NCBI RefSeq assembly: GCF_001194135.2
Contig: NC_068985.1
Span: 759,175 to 823,174 of the forward strand
Length of the DNA stretch: 64,000 nt
From: Octopus bimaculoides
Taxonomy: Eukaryota
Direction: 5' to 3'
Shown here: positions 50,115 to 61,135 of the stretch, in pieces
Layout of the letters: each line of letters starts with the position of its first letter
Position numbering within the stretch: the stretch's first letter is position 1
Program-made: the position numbers and the translations under genes
The notes under the pieces: generated by a model
The model's database searches: none
What the model saw: the letters and a program-made list of their open reading frames with translations, nothing else
What the model was told of the DNA's origin: nothing

Positions 50115-50183
50115 TCACTGCCTGGAATTGAACGTGGAATCTTGGGGTTAGTAGCCTGCACTTTTAACCACTATGCCATATGC
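49876..50183 (-). mobile_element. tRNA-headed SINE-like element: tRNA head (50183-50111), (AAT)n linker, tail with hammerhead fold
   Basis: Minus strand: GCATA-TGGCATAGTGG (A box)..GGCTACTAACCC..GTTCAATTCC (B box)-AGGCAGTGACCTG-(AAT)n-AACATTGAAAAATACCTTAGGAATGAGAACCCAGGTTCGAAATTTCCCCAA-GACACCTGATGAAGGCTG... Confidence 0.75.
49963..50008 (-). ncRNA. Minimal type I hammerhead fold with one inactivating core change (G12 to A)
   Basis: GACAC-CTGATGA-A-GGCTG-GAGGGTATAT-CAGCC-AAAA-T-GTT|GTGTT. Stem I is GACAC/GTGTT and stem II is GGCTG/CAGCC. The sister copy at 50289-50306 retains CAGCC-GAAA. Confidence 0.55.
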
Positions 50184-50188
50184 TCACA

Positions 50189-50352
50189 GGCATATGGCAG
50201 TAACCTGAATAATAATAATAATAACATCGAAAAATACCTTAGGAATGAGAACCCAGGTTCGAAATTTCCCCAAGACTGGAGGGTATATCAGCCGAAATGT
50301 TGTGTTAACAACAAACAAGATGGGGACAAATATCAGTGAAATATAAATAATG
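50189..50352 (+). mobile_element. Inverted, internally deleted second copy of the same element
   Basis: GCATATGGCA-GTAACCTG-(AAT)n-same tail. The head is deleted between two GGCA tetramers, and a 13-nt deletion removes CTGATGA. Confidence 0.75.
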
Positions 50353-50558
50353 ATTTAGGTTTTGTTAGATTTCTTAGCAACTTAGTCCCCAGTTCAGTTT
50401 TGTCACCAGAGAGAATAAATAAGATGATATAATTAAAACTGTCATCATTTAATGCTGCTGTAGAGAGAGCAGATCCTTGGGGAAATGATTTTCAGATGGA
50501 AAGATGTCAGAGCATTAGTGAAAGGATCTTTGATCTGCTGATAGAAAGAGCTCAATGC

Positions 50559-50851
50559 TGCTGGTTGAAGGATCCCAGACCAGTCGGTGGAAATGTTCTA
50601 AGCTTTAGCATCAAGATTACGTATAACTGTGTTTTGTTGTATCAGAAAGGTTTCGAAGATGAACCCAGTGACACTTCAGTGATATTCCAAGTAACTACTT
50701 CCACCGTAACATAAGGTTCCCTGTCTCCAGAGTGTTTCAAAGAAGTGTCACTGGGTTCAGCTGAGAAATCTTTCTGATACAACAAAACAGATTTATATGT
50801 GATCAGCTCAGAACATTTCCACCAACTGCTCCTGGGGTCCTTCAGCCAGCA
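50559..50851. mobile_element. MITE/foldback, about 110-bp arms (50559-50676 / 50743-50851)
   Basis: TGTTTTGTTGTATCAGAAAG..GAACCCAGTGACACTT / AAGTGTCACTGGGTTC..CTTTCTGATACAACAAAACA, and GGTGGAAATGTTCT / AGAACATTTCCACC. Confidence 0.75.
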
Positions 50852-51766
50852 GGTTTTGCATTAATCAAACTGAATAAAATTAACAACAATGTAAAGAAAG
50901 TCAATGAGAGCTGCTTCCCAGCTTCAGTGAGTCTGTCTATTTAGAAAGTACATGTTAAAGGGTGCCAGAGAATCCTAAGAATTTCTAATGAACTGAAATG
51001 GACAGGTTTTTCTTCCAACCTTTTCAGCGCCATTATTTAGTCATGGCACATTTTTACCTTTGTTTCAGACTGAAGATGTAATTGAAGCTTTTATCTTTTT
51101 CGTTTTTCTTTGTTTTTTTTGCAACAAAGCATGGAAGACTTATGTCTGGCAGAGCCCATCAACCTCTACAGTCTAATGATTTGAGTAAATGAAGTGAAAT
51201 GATTCAACTTGAAATTCACTCTACATCACAAACATGGCTTCTCAAAAACTTACAGTTTCTGCACAGTACTTGTTCTTCTGCCAGTGTATTTTGCAGGAAA
51301 ATAAACTACTTTTTCTATTACTGTTGAGTAATCAATGCCTTAGAAGAGATTTCAGTTTGAGAAGATGTCCTTCAAAGGTCTATGCTTATTCATCTATAAC
51401 AAACACGAAGCTTATTTTGAATCCCACTCAACAGGATTGGAGTGTAATGGAGTTTGTTTTCATGATCATATCTTTTTTGGTGAGCTTTCAGTCCATTACA
51501 AGGTTTGTTACTCAGACCTAAATATTGTAACTTAGTGAAATATTGATCGGTTACACAATAATCTGCTATTTGAATTTTTGGGGTACGAGTTATTAAGTGG
51601 ATAATTGACATGAAAATGGTAAGATGCATGTGATGGGCCTAAAAGAAAAAGAGTTGTATGCAAGTTAATTTAAGATAAAGGAGAAATAAATGTTTTGGCT
51701 GTGATCCAGGTGTTGAAGGCATTAGGATAAATTTAAAGAAATAATTTCGTTTTGGGATTTGGTTTG

Positions 51767-52050
51767 CAAGATTCTTTATGTGAGTTTGTGTGTTAAAGCA
51801 TATTTTGTTGTGTCTGGGGAGAGTCATTCTGTTTTACTGCCTTATTATTTAACACACTCACTGGTAAAGTTTCCACTCATTTACTTATTTATTTTTCCTA
51901 AAATTTTCGTTGTGTCTTGCAACCTTTTCAATAGTCGTTGACTCTGTCTATCATCCTGGTGAGTGTGTTAAATAATAAGACACTAAAAGAGAATGACTCT
52001 CCCCAGACACAACACAATGAAATAATGTTACTACAAAAAACTCACACAAA
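51767..52050. mobile_element. Foldback element, about 90-bp arms (51776-51864 / 51958-52050); same family as 16994 and 19744
   Basis: TTGTGTCTGGGGAGAGTCATTCT..CTTATTATTTAACACACTCAC / GTGAGTGTGTTAAATAATAAG..AGAATGACTCTCCCCAGACACAA. Confidence 0.75.
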
Positions 52051-52613
52051 AAGCAGAAACTTTGAAGTAAAAAAATAACATTGTACTAGGGGGGCCATTA
52101 CAGACTAATCTCATAGGAAGAGGAATGATTTGGAATGAAGTTTGACATGCTGTCATGGTTTGGAAAAAGAACAAGAACTTTATTAAATTCAGTCTAATTA
52201 CCCTTTAAAAAGGCTAAGGAAATGAATAGAAATTAGTCACGAGTATTTTTACTGGTAGCATACCATCTTGATAATTTAGTCTAGTGTTACTCTCCATGAG
52301 GTTGAAATGAATAGTGTAGAATGTTAGAATGGTTGTAATGTTATAAACACAGTAAAGAATTGGTTGGGTAACCATAATCCTTTAAATCCAAGAAAATCAT
52401 GGCACTGACCAAAATGATACTAAAAGCTGCTAGATAATTCAGCATCAAAGATTAAAGCTTTAATTAAAGAAAGAAAACAAAAAGAAGAAATCATGAAGAA
52501 ATGGTAACGAAATATCAAAGTTTTAATTAGAAAATGTTTTCTTAAACAAAGTAAATAATCAAATATTGTGTAAAGCAAAAGAAAACTTTAAACAAAATAA
52601 AAATGCATTAAAT

Positions 52614-52660
<47 letters not shown>

Positions 52661-52701
52661 TCACATTGAATATGCACACATATATACATACATACATATA
52701 C

Positions 52702-52756
<55 letters not shown>

Positions 52757-52958
52757 TGCACACACACACCACACACATATACATATATACATACATTAAA
52801 TACACATTAAATTCTCACTTCAAGGAATTGACATTTCAATATTGACATTTGACAAGTAAAACTGCCAAAACACAATATTCTTCAAAGAAAAAGAATAAAA
52901 AAAACATTCATTCCTTATTCCTTCTTTCTTGCCTTTGTCTTTTTGTTGCTTTCATTTT

Positions 52959-52995
<37 letters not shown>

Positions 52996-53169
52996 ACAAG
53001 AAATAATGTTGCTAAGATTTTTTTCCACAGAATCAGTGATCATTCAAGAAAATAACCGCTTGGTTAAACAGATGGGAATTTACAAAATAAAAGACAAAAA
53101 TCTGTTCCGTCCCATTTTTATGTCAAGTTGTTCAAAGTGTCTGGACTGACATTTGACTCAGACACAAAG

Positions 53170-53640
53170 GGAAGGTAATTATACAGGTGAAGCTATAAGA
53201 AAGGTGAAGGATATATACAAGGTGAAGGTCGTATAACATTGAAGCAACTATAATGAAGGTGATATAATTTTAAAGTTAATAAAATGAGGGAAGTAGAGGA
53301 AATTAAAATGATGTAAGCAATGAAATGGCAAAGGTGATAAACAGGTGTGAGTAATATAATGGTGAAGGAATTATACAGGTGAATAAATATACTAGTTAAG
53401 GTTATATATTCTGATGACTAATATAATGATGGAAGTAAGATAAAGGTGGCATTAATATACAGCTTAAGGTAACATGAAGACAAAGGTTAATATAATTGTC
53501 AAGGTAATATAATAGAGAAGGTAAACCATAGGTAACACACAGGTAACACACAGGTAACACACAGGTGAACATAATATTCAATGGAAAGTAAAATAAAGAT
53601 GAATATATAAAAATTCTACAGAAAGTAATCTAAATGTAGG
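53170..53640 (+). repeat. Degenerate AT-rich satellite (..ATATACAGGTGAAGGTAATAT..), left part
   Basis: Recurrent AGGTGAA / AGGTAA(T/C)A motifs; the same motif set resumes at 55830-56500. Confidence 0.55.
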
Positions 53641-53699
53641 TATAACTTTTCATTAACCAAAGTCTTTGAAATTGCTCTAATTGGTTGAGTGAATAACTC

Positions 53700-55120
53700 T
53701 TTCCTCAGCTTAGTTTCCAAGACATGTGATGCATTTGGATTCTGTGATTCTCATGGCACAATTGACATGATTTTCTGTGCAAGACAACTCTGTGCAAGAA
53801 AAGCAGGGAACAACAAAAACCTATTTTTCTTGTTTTCCACGACTTAGAAAAACCTTTGATAGTGTTCCAAGAGCTGCTATGTGGAAGGTTCATTATTGTT
53901 TTAGATATCCTGATCCCTTTACCTCCCTGGTTCAAGCAATGCATAACAATACACCTGGATGTGTATTCCACTAAACCAGGCTTTCAGAAGAATTTCCAAT
54001 CACATGCAAACTGAAACAAAAGTGCATCTTGGCCCTTATGCCATTCCACTTCTATTTGGCTGCAATGCTTCAGGAACTTCCTCCGGATAACTCAGGAGTT
54101 GACATCAGATATCGATATGATGGAGGACTTTTCAATCTTTGTAGATTTCGATCTAAATATCTAACATACATGCTGCAACACATCTCACAACTTCAATATA
54201 CTGAAGACTGATGACAATGCTGCCCTCTGCCATTCAAAAAAAGAACTCCAACAACTTTGCTATGACCTACCATCACTTTGGCCTTACAGTAAACATCAAG
54301 AAAATCAAGTTCCTTGCACAATCAGCTTCCAATAACATCATGACCAAATTTTAATGTTGCCATCTCTGATATACCTTTTGAACAAGTTGAGCATTTTCCA
54401 CATCTTGGCAGCTTTTATCAAACTAGTGCACCTCAAGCAAGGATGTGAAACAGAATTGGAACCGTACACAGGGCATTTGGAAAGTTAACCAAATGCATCT
54501 TCAAAACCAAAGATCTGAACTTAACAATGAAAATTTTGGTCTCTAATGCTGTTGTCATTTCAAACTTGCTGTGTGGCTGCAAAACCTGAATTCTATATCA
54601 GTGCAGCATCCAAAAGTTAGAGAACTTTCACCAACAAAAGCTTTGTTCAATCTTGAGCATCGAATGGGAATACTATGGGACCAACAACAAAGTCCCGGAA
54701 AGAGCCAACAGTCAGAGTATCGAATTGCTGATCATGAAACTCGGTCTTCAATGGTCAGGACATGTAGCAAGAATGGTTCCCAGGCCAAGTCTTAGTGAGC
54801 TCACTTCAGGGAAAAGACCATGAGGTTGCTCTCTTTGATGGTACAAGGACCAACTCAAAGCAACACCGGAAGCTACTGGAATTGAGCTTAAATTGTTCAA
54901 AACAGAAGCTTGAGACTGTACCAAATGGCTGTGTTCCATGACCATTGGAACCAAAATCTTCGAAGCCACCAGAAGAGAAAAGAAAGAAATCAAAAGACAG
55001 GAGAGAAAATCTCAACAAAACCAACCTCGTCCTTCACCAACATTACCATTGCAGTCAATGTCATCGTCTCTTCTTTGCAAGAATTGGTCTACAAAGTCAT
55101 CGATGTCATCATCACAGAGG
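53700..55120 (+). mobile_element. RTE-1/BovB-like LINE, decayed RT through C-terminus
   Basis: RKTFDSVPRAAMWK (RT motif 1 region), GVDIRYRYDGGLFNLCRFRSK, LQYTED (YADD region), and C-terminal YHCSQCHRLFFARIGLQSHRCH. (ACC/AAC)n follows at 55170-55265. Confidence 0.88.
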
Positions 55121-55829
55121 AAGCATTCAGCAAAGAAGAATCAAAATTCTTGGATACAAGATAAAGCCGCCGCCACCACCACCACCTCCACCACCACCAA
55201 CAACAACAACAACAACAACACCACCACCACCAACAACAACAACAACAACACCACCACCACCACCAAAGCATTTGTACTATTGTTGAAACCAACTCTGTGA
55301 AGAAAATTCCGGTATGCCCATTTTCTACCCGTTTTTGTTTGCAGCCATTTTGTCATCGGTGTGTGCCATTTAATTGTTGTCTCTGATGACTGTCATTTCT
55401 TTACACACATTTTCCAATATTGTTCCACCAATTTCTGTAATGCATTGTGATCACAGTCCAGTTGTGCAGAAAGCTTACAGATTTTGACTCCTCTGTTCAC
55501 ACAAATCCAGTTACTGACCATTCACGTTAATGGTCAAGAGTTGATGGCCTCTCAGTGCATGGTTTGTCTTCAACGTTGGCTTCTCCTTCTTTAAACTCTC
55601 TCCTCCACCTCTGCACATAACTCTTAACAATGATGTCATCTCTATAAGCAATCTATAGATTTTTGTGGATATTCGACAGCTTTCACCCTTCCTACATCAA
55701 GAACTCTATGAAAGCCCCTTACCTCATTATTTATCTGCAATGAAGAACTGAAAAAGAGTTCTACAGAGGAGTTGTTACTCTAACAGGTGCAATTTGAAGA
55801 ATCTTGTCAGCTAATAAAACATTTATGCT

Positions 55830-56500
55830 ACACAGGTGAATGTAATACTATATTAAAGGTGATATACAGGCAAAGATGATGTAATGGTGAATGCAATAGA
55901 AAAGCGAGGGTAATTGATGGTACAAGGTGATATAGAGAAAGTAATATAATGAAGATTAGGTAACTGTAAAGTTAATATAATAACTGTGACGGGAAATATA
56001 AAGGTGAAATTAATAGGCAATTAAAAGTAAAATGATGGTACAGGTAATGCAAAAGTGAAAATAATATGTTGTTGAATATAGTACAGGTAATATACAGGTG
56101 AATGAACTCTAATGGTGAAGGTAATATACAGGTTTAGGTGATATATAAGACAATGTAATGTAACGGTAACTATATATAATATAATGGTGAAGGTAATATA
56201 TACAGGTGAAGCTAATATACAGCTGAAAGTATTATTCAGCTGAAAGTATTATACAGTCAAATATTATATAAAAGTAAAGGTAACTTAATAATTAAGTTGG
56301 TAACATTCAGGTGATGGTTATATAAAGATGGATACGAAATAATGGTGGAGCTAATATACATATGGAGATAGAAAATCTAGTGAAAGCAATGTGGAGGTAA
56401 AGGCAAAGAAAGACAAGGCATATAATGCTAAAGGTAAAGCAAATGAGAAAGTAATGAAATCGAAAGGTGAAAGTAATACAATATAATATGAAGTAGATAT
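55830..56500 (+). repeat. Degenerate AT-rich satellite, right part
   Basis: TAATATACAGGTGAA, AATGGTGAAGGTAATATA and CAGCTGAAAGTATTAT (x2) repeats. Confidence 0.6.
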
Positions 56501-56519
56501 AACAGGATGTTTTATAATA

Positions 56520-56640
56520 GAGTGGCTTTTTTATGTGCCACCAGCATGGGAGCCAACCAGGTGGGCCTGGCATCGATCACGTTCGAATAGTGCTTTTTAT
56601 GTGCCACTGGCACAGGTGGCACCTGCATGGGAGCCTGTAA
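56520..56640 (-). mobile_element. RTE-tail SINE-like fragment (reverse)
   Basis: GTGCTTTTTATGTGCCACTGGCACAGG is the reverse complement of the GTGGCACATAAAAAGCAC motif. Confidence 0.6.
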
Positions 56641-57639
56641 AACTTTATAGATATTATTTTATTCATTCATTGAGTTTTTTTCTAATAATGGATATAAAGA
56701 AATGTTGTTGGATTAAGTTAGTGAAATTTATGTATGAAAAGAAACAAAAATTATTACAAAACAAAAGATAAAAAAGCCAAACATACAGCAGAAGAAAAAA
56801 GGATAAAAAGGAAAAAAGAAAAACGAAAAAAGACATGGAACAGAACGACACATTAATTGAACGTGGATCAGAAGAGGAGCAACCCCCATACCAGCATATA
56901 AAATGAATATACAACAACAACTACATTAGATGCCTTAGATATGAGAAGTTTTGCTCTTTGAAAGTGTGCTTAGCAATTTGAAGCAAGAGTCAAAATCTTC
57001 TCCTCATTTGTTTCCTGCAATAACACAGAAGAAGTAACTGAAATCAATGGAAGTTCAGAGGAGAAACAGAAAGCAGCGGATCTTTACCAAAAATTAATAT
57101 CTTTGATAACAGATGAACTTATGAATGTTATTTGGAACTGCTAAGTATATCCAAGTAGATTTAATACTTAAGTCAAAGGATGAGGATTACAGGTTAAAAG
57201 TTGCCAGTATTCTACTTGTTGTTGTTGTTGTTGTTGGAATGATTGTTATTTGTTGCATTAATGTTATTTTCTATCCTGTTTATTGGTTTGTTGTTATTGT
57301 TGTTATTGTTCATATTACTGGTAACGGTGGTTGTGATGGTGATGGTGGTGATGGTGCGTGTCTTATCCTACGTCTTACTGTTTGCTGTTGCAGTGGTTGA
57401 TGCTACCACTGCTACTACCATTGATGGTGTTGCTACTGCTGCTGCTGCTGCCCAATTACCATTCATTTTACAGTTTTTGCCACCGTTGTTGTTGTTGTTT
57501 GACCCCAGATCAGTCCTGATAAGACACATAAGGTTAAATGTATTCCAGCCTTGACCATCCCATTGTTCTTGGTGAAGATTAGGAATTTGTAGCTGCTGCT
57601 ATTAGTGTTATTATTATTGTTATTATTATGGCACTCTTC

Positions 57640-57700
<61 letters not shown>

Positions 57701-57754
57701 CATTATTATTATCATTATTATTGTTATTATTATTATTATTACTACTACTACTGG

Positions 57755-57975
57755 CAAAAACAGCATATCAGAAAAAAGAAGAAAATGCTTAGTGGCATTT
57801 CATCTGTCTTTACATTCTGAGTTCAAATTCCACCAAGGTCAACCTTATTTTTCCTCCCATTTGGGGCTGATGAAATAAATATCAGTCATGCATTTGGGTC
57901 GATGTAATAGACGTATCCCATTCCCCCCACCTCCCACTCAGATGTCATGCCTTCTCCCTATAGAAGAAAGGATTA
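57755..57975 (+). mobile_element. SINE-like family 2, forward copy
   Basis: GGCAAAAACAGCATATCAG..TGCTTAGTGGCATTTCATCTGTCTTTACATTCTGAGTTCAAATTCCACCAAGGTCAAC..AGAAAGGATTATT. Confidence 0.75.
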
Positions 57976-60148
57976 TTTCTGCTACAGTTGTGATAATTGT
58001 TGTTGTTACGATTATTGCTTCTCATATTGTTGTAGCATATTCTATGGTGCAATGTTGAAATTTTGGTAAACTGAATCTTTATTCTGCTTTTCACTTCCAG
58101 TTTAAATTATACTCTATTTCTAACATCTTCATTGCCTCTTCCTTGGTTGAAAGCAGCAAATAAAAGCCATTGGCATTATTGTTGGTTTTGTGTTTATTAT
58201 TATTTGTAGAAACTTCTGACCATGGTGAGGTACTAATGTTTAGTATTGTTATAGTAGCAGGAATGGTAAAGCACTAAATATAATGCCTTGAAATAATTGA
58301 TTATGTTCCTTTGAATTTAAACTTAGAATGCTGCCAGTGTCAAATTTGTCTTTCATTCCCACAAAGTCACTAAATGAAATACCAATAGTAGTCTGCAGAA
58401 GATTTATTAAACAATAGAATTTCTTGAAATTCATGGAAGAACAATGAAATGAATATCAATTAAATATGGGAATTACAACTTATATTTGAAATCTTTAATT
58501 GGTAAAATTCTTTTACTAAGAATCAGGAATGTGTACTGAGAAAATCGAACCATTTATTCTTTGATAAAAATGAATTAGAAATCTTTATAGTCTGTTTGCT
58601 TAGAATTCTTTTAGAGAACTTAACAAATGATGAAGACCAGGGGTTGAGAATTGCAAGGGTTCAAGAATCTGTTAGAATGCATCAGCACCAATGAAATATT
58701 CATGTAACTTATATCAAATTACAGTTTTGGTCTTAAGATTGTTTTACTAGAAGGGATTCAAGACCTTGTTTTGTATTAAATGCTGCCAATACGAGGGAAG
58801 AAACTATTTGAAGATATTTCATCAAGTGAGAGTATAATAGTAACAGCGTAATTCTAGCCAGAGGTTTGGTGGAAAAGGAAGTAAACGACTTGACAGGCGC
58901 AACAATGAAATGATGGAAAGGCAACTCTTTCAGGCAGTGAATGTAAGACATATAATGTTTTAAGAATGAAACTAAAACATTTTGTCCAGGACTGCCGTTC
59001 GTAATATGTGTCAATATCGGAGTGGAATCTTGTCCTGATTTTATTCCACATTGAAGTACATTATAAAACTTTATCTAAAATTCAATATACATTGATAACT
59101 CTCCAAAAAACATAACAAGGAGTCAACAAATGAAGCAAGAACTATAATAGATTATGATGTAAAAAATCAAATTTAACAAAACAACATTGGAAGCCATAAG
59201 TAAAAGGACAAAACCATTGCGGCTGAACATGGAAACAGTTCTTGTCTGATGAATTTGAAAGTTAGTGAAAGACCCAGGCAATTGATTATACTACAGCGTA
59301 TTACTGGTATTTCTTTTATCTACTTCTGAAGAATAAAAGGCAAATTTACTTCCTGGTAGAATCTAAACTCAAAGCATGAAGAAGCATATCTAAAAGAATT
59401 GAAATGGTTTGAAATAATCCTTAGTAAATATTTACAACAAAAGAAGGACTTTTGGTTTCGGCCAGAGAAGTGTGCCAACTCTAATATTAATGGGCCACAG
59501 TGAAATAGCTGTTCATGATTTTGATAATATCCTGAGTTTAAATTCCATTGAGGTCAAGTTAGTTTTGCCTAATTCTTATCCAAGGATTAATAAACTAAAA
59601 GACAAAGACATGTTTTAATGAATAAACAGACACACTTCTTTATTGTGAGGGTGGAGAGTCATTTAAAGGAGGCTGGTCTGGTCTGGTTTCATGGCATGAA
59701 ACAAGAGATAAATACTCCCCCATTACGATGATGACCCGTTACAAGTGAAAAGTTCCTTATTGATCAGGTTGTACCTTTTCTCAGCATATGAATGTAGTGA
59801 AATAGCATAGAACCAAAGCAATTTAGGCCAGGTGGGACGTTACAGCTTTTAAACAAGGAATTGTCTTATGCAGTCAGCCATCTTGGTTGCGATTCTGTGG
59901 ATGACTCTTGCAGCTTGTTGTTACTTTATGTAATAGCTGTTGTTGTTGTTGTTGTTGGGATGAAGGTGGTGGTGGTGGTGGTGGTAGCAGTGAGCATAAA
60001 TGTGATGAAAGGGATGCGTTGGTGGTGAGGGTAGCAGTAAGAGTAAAGATGGTGGTGGTAAAAGTGGTATTCACTGCAACTTACTACATTTACAAATGGC
60101 TAAAGATGATGATGATGATGGTGATGATGATGATGGTGATGATGATGG

Positions 60149-60180
<32 letters not shown>

Positions 60181-61035
60181 GTGATGGTAACAATGAAGTT
60201 ATTTACGATGAAGATGAGAATGATGAAGAAGATGATTTTGGAGCAGCAAACAAAATGTCTTTTGTAGATAACATCGACATCACAACCTTTGCCATCACAA
60301 CCACCACTACCACCATCATCACCACCACTACTAGCGCAATCATCATCATCACCATCAACATCATTGCCATCATAATTACTGTTGTTGTCGTCATCATCAT
60401 CATCATCATCACTATAGACAGGAATGGTAGCAGCAGAAGCAACAACAACATTAAGACAAAAGAGACCCTATCCCAGATTTAGAATGAACAAGCTGTATAC
60501 CTTTTGATTATTATTCCAAACTAATGATTTCTTTGTTCATTGTAGTTGTTTTTAACTAATTTATGAATCTTATGGGCAATTAGAGAGACCATTATTAATT
60601 AGTTGACATCATTAACATCAAAAGGAACTTTATTTGGCTTTTACACAAATAGAAGATAAGAAGAAAAAAAACCCCAAAAAACTAACCCTTTTAAAAGCTG
60701 AACTCCCTGCTTGACCTCTGACATCTTTTTGCAGCTACAGTACCAGTCATTACCATCCAGTATAATTTACATACTCTTAGTTCCATGCTGCCTTTCAGGT
60801 ATACTGAGGTATTCCAGTAGTGGCCATCCCATTCATTTACTTTTATCTGGGACACATTGAATGTGTCCTTTATTTATACTGGAAGTGTTTGATTTGAAGG
60901 AAATCCAGCAGCTGTATTTAGCATTAGAGTTTCCCCCATTTAATTAATATGTACTTGTATATTTGTCCGGTGGAATATTAATCAAAGTATGCAGTATTAT
61001 AGAGCTATTTCAGCTGATCTTATCGATTGGTTTTG

Positions 61036-61135
61036 CACTGGGTATTAGATAACTGCACATTTCTCAATAGTTCAGTGTAGGTGTTTTCTTTGTCACTGAA
61101 CTATTGAGAAATGTGCAGTTATCTAATACCCAGTG
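61036..61135. repeat. Perfect 42-bp inverted repeat with a 16-nt loop
   Basis: CACTGGGTATTAGATAACTGCACATTTCTCAATAGTTCAGTG (61036-61077) is the exact reverse complement of 61094-61135; the loop is TAGGTGTTTTCTTTGT. Confidence 0.95.

Noticed and set aside
50111-50183. tRNA gene (Ser-like), and likewise 38829-38900 and 25590-25660
   Set aside because: The acceptor and anticodon stems are imperfect and each head is fused to a repeat body, so these are SINE heads, not tRNA genes.
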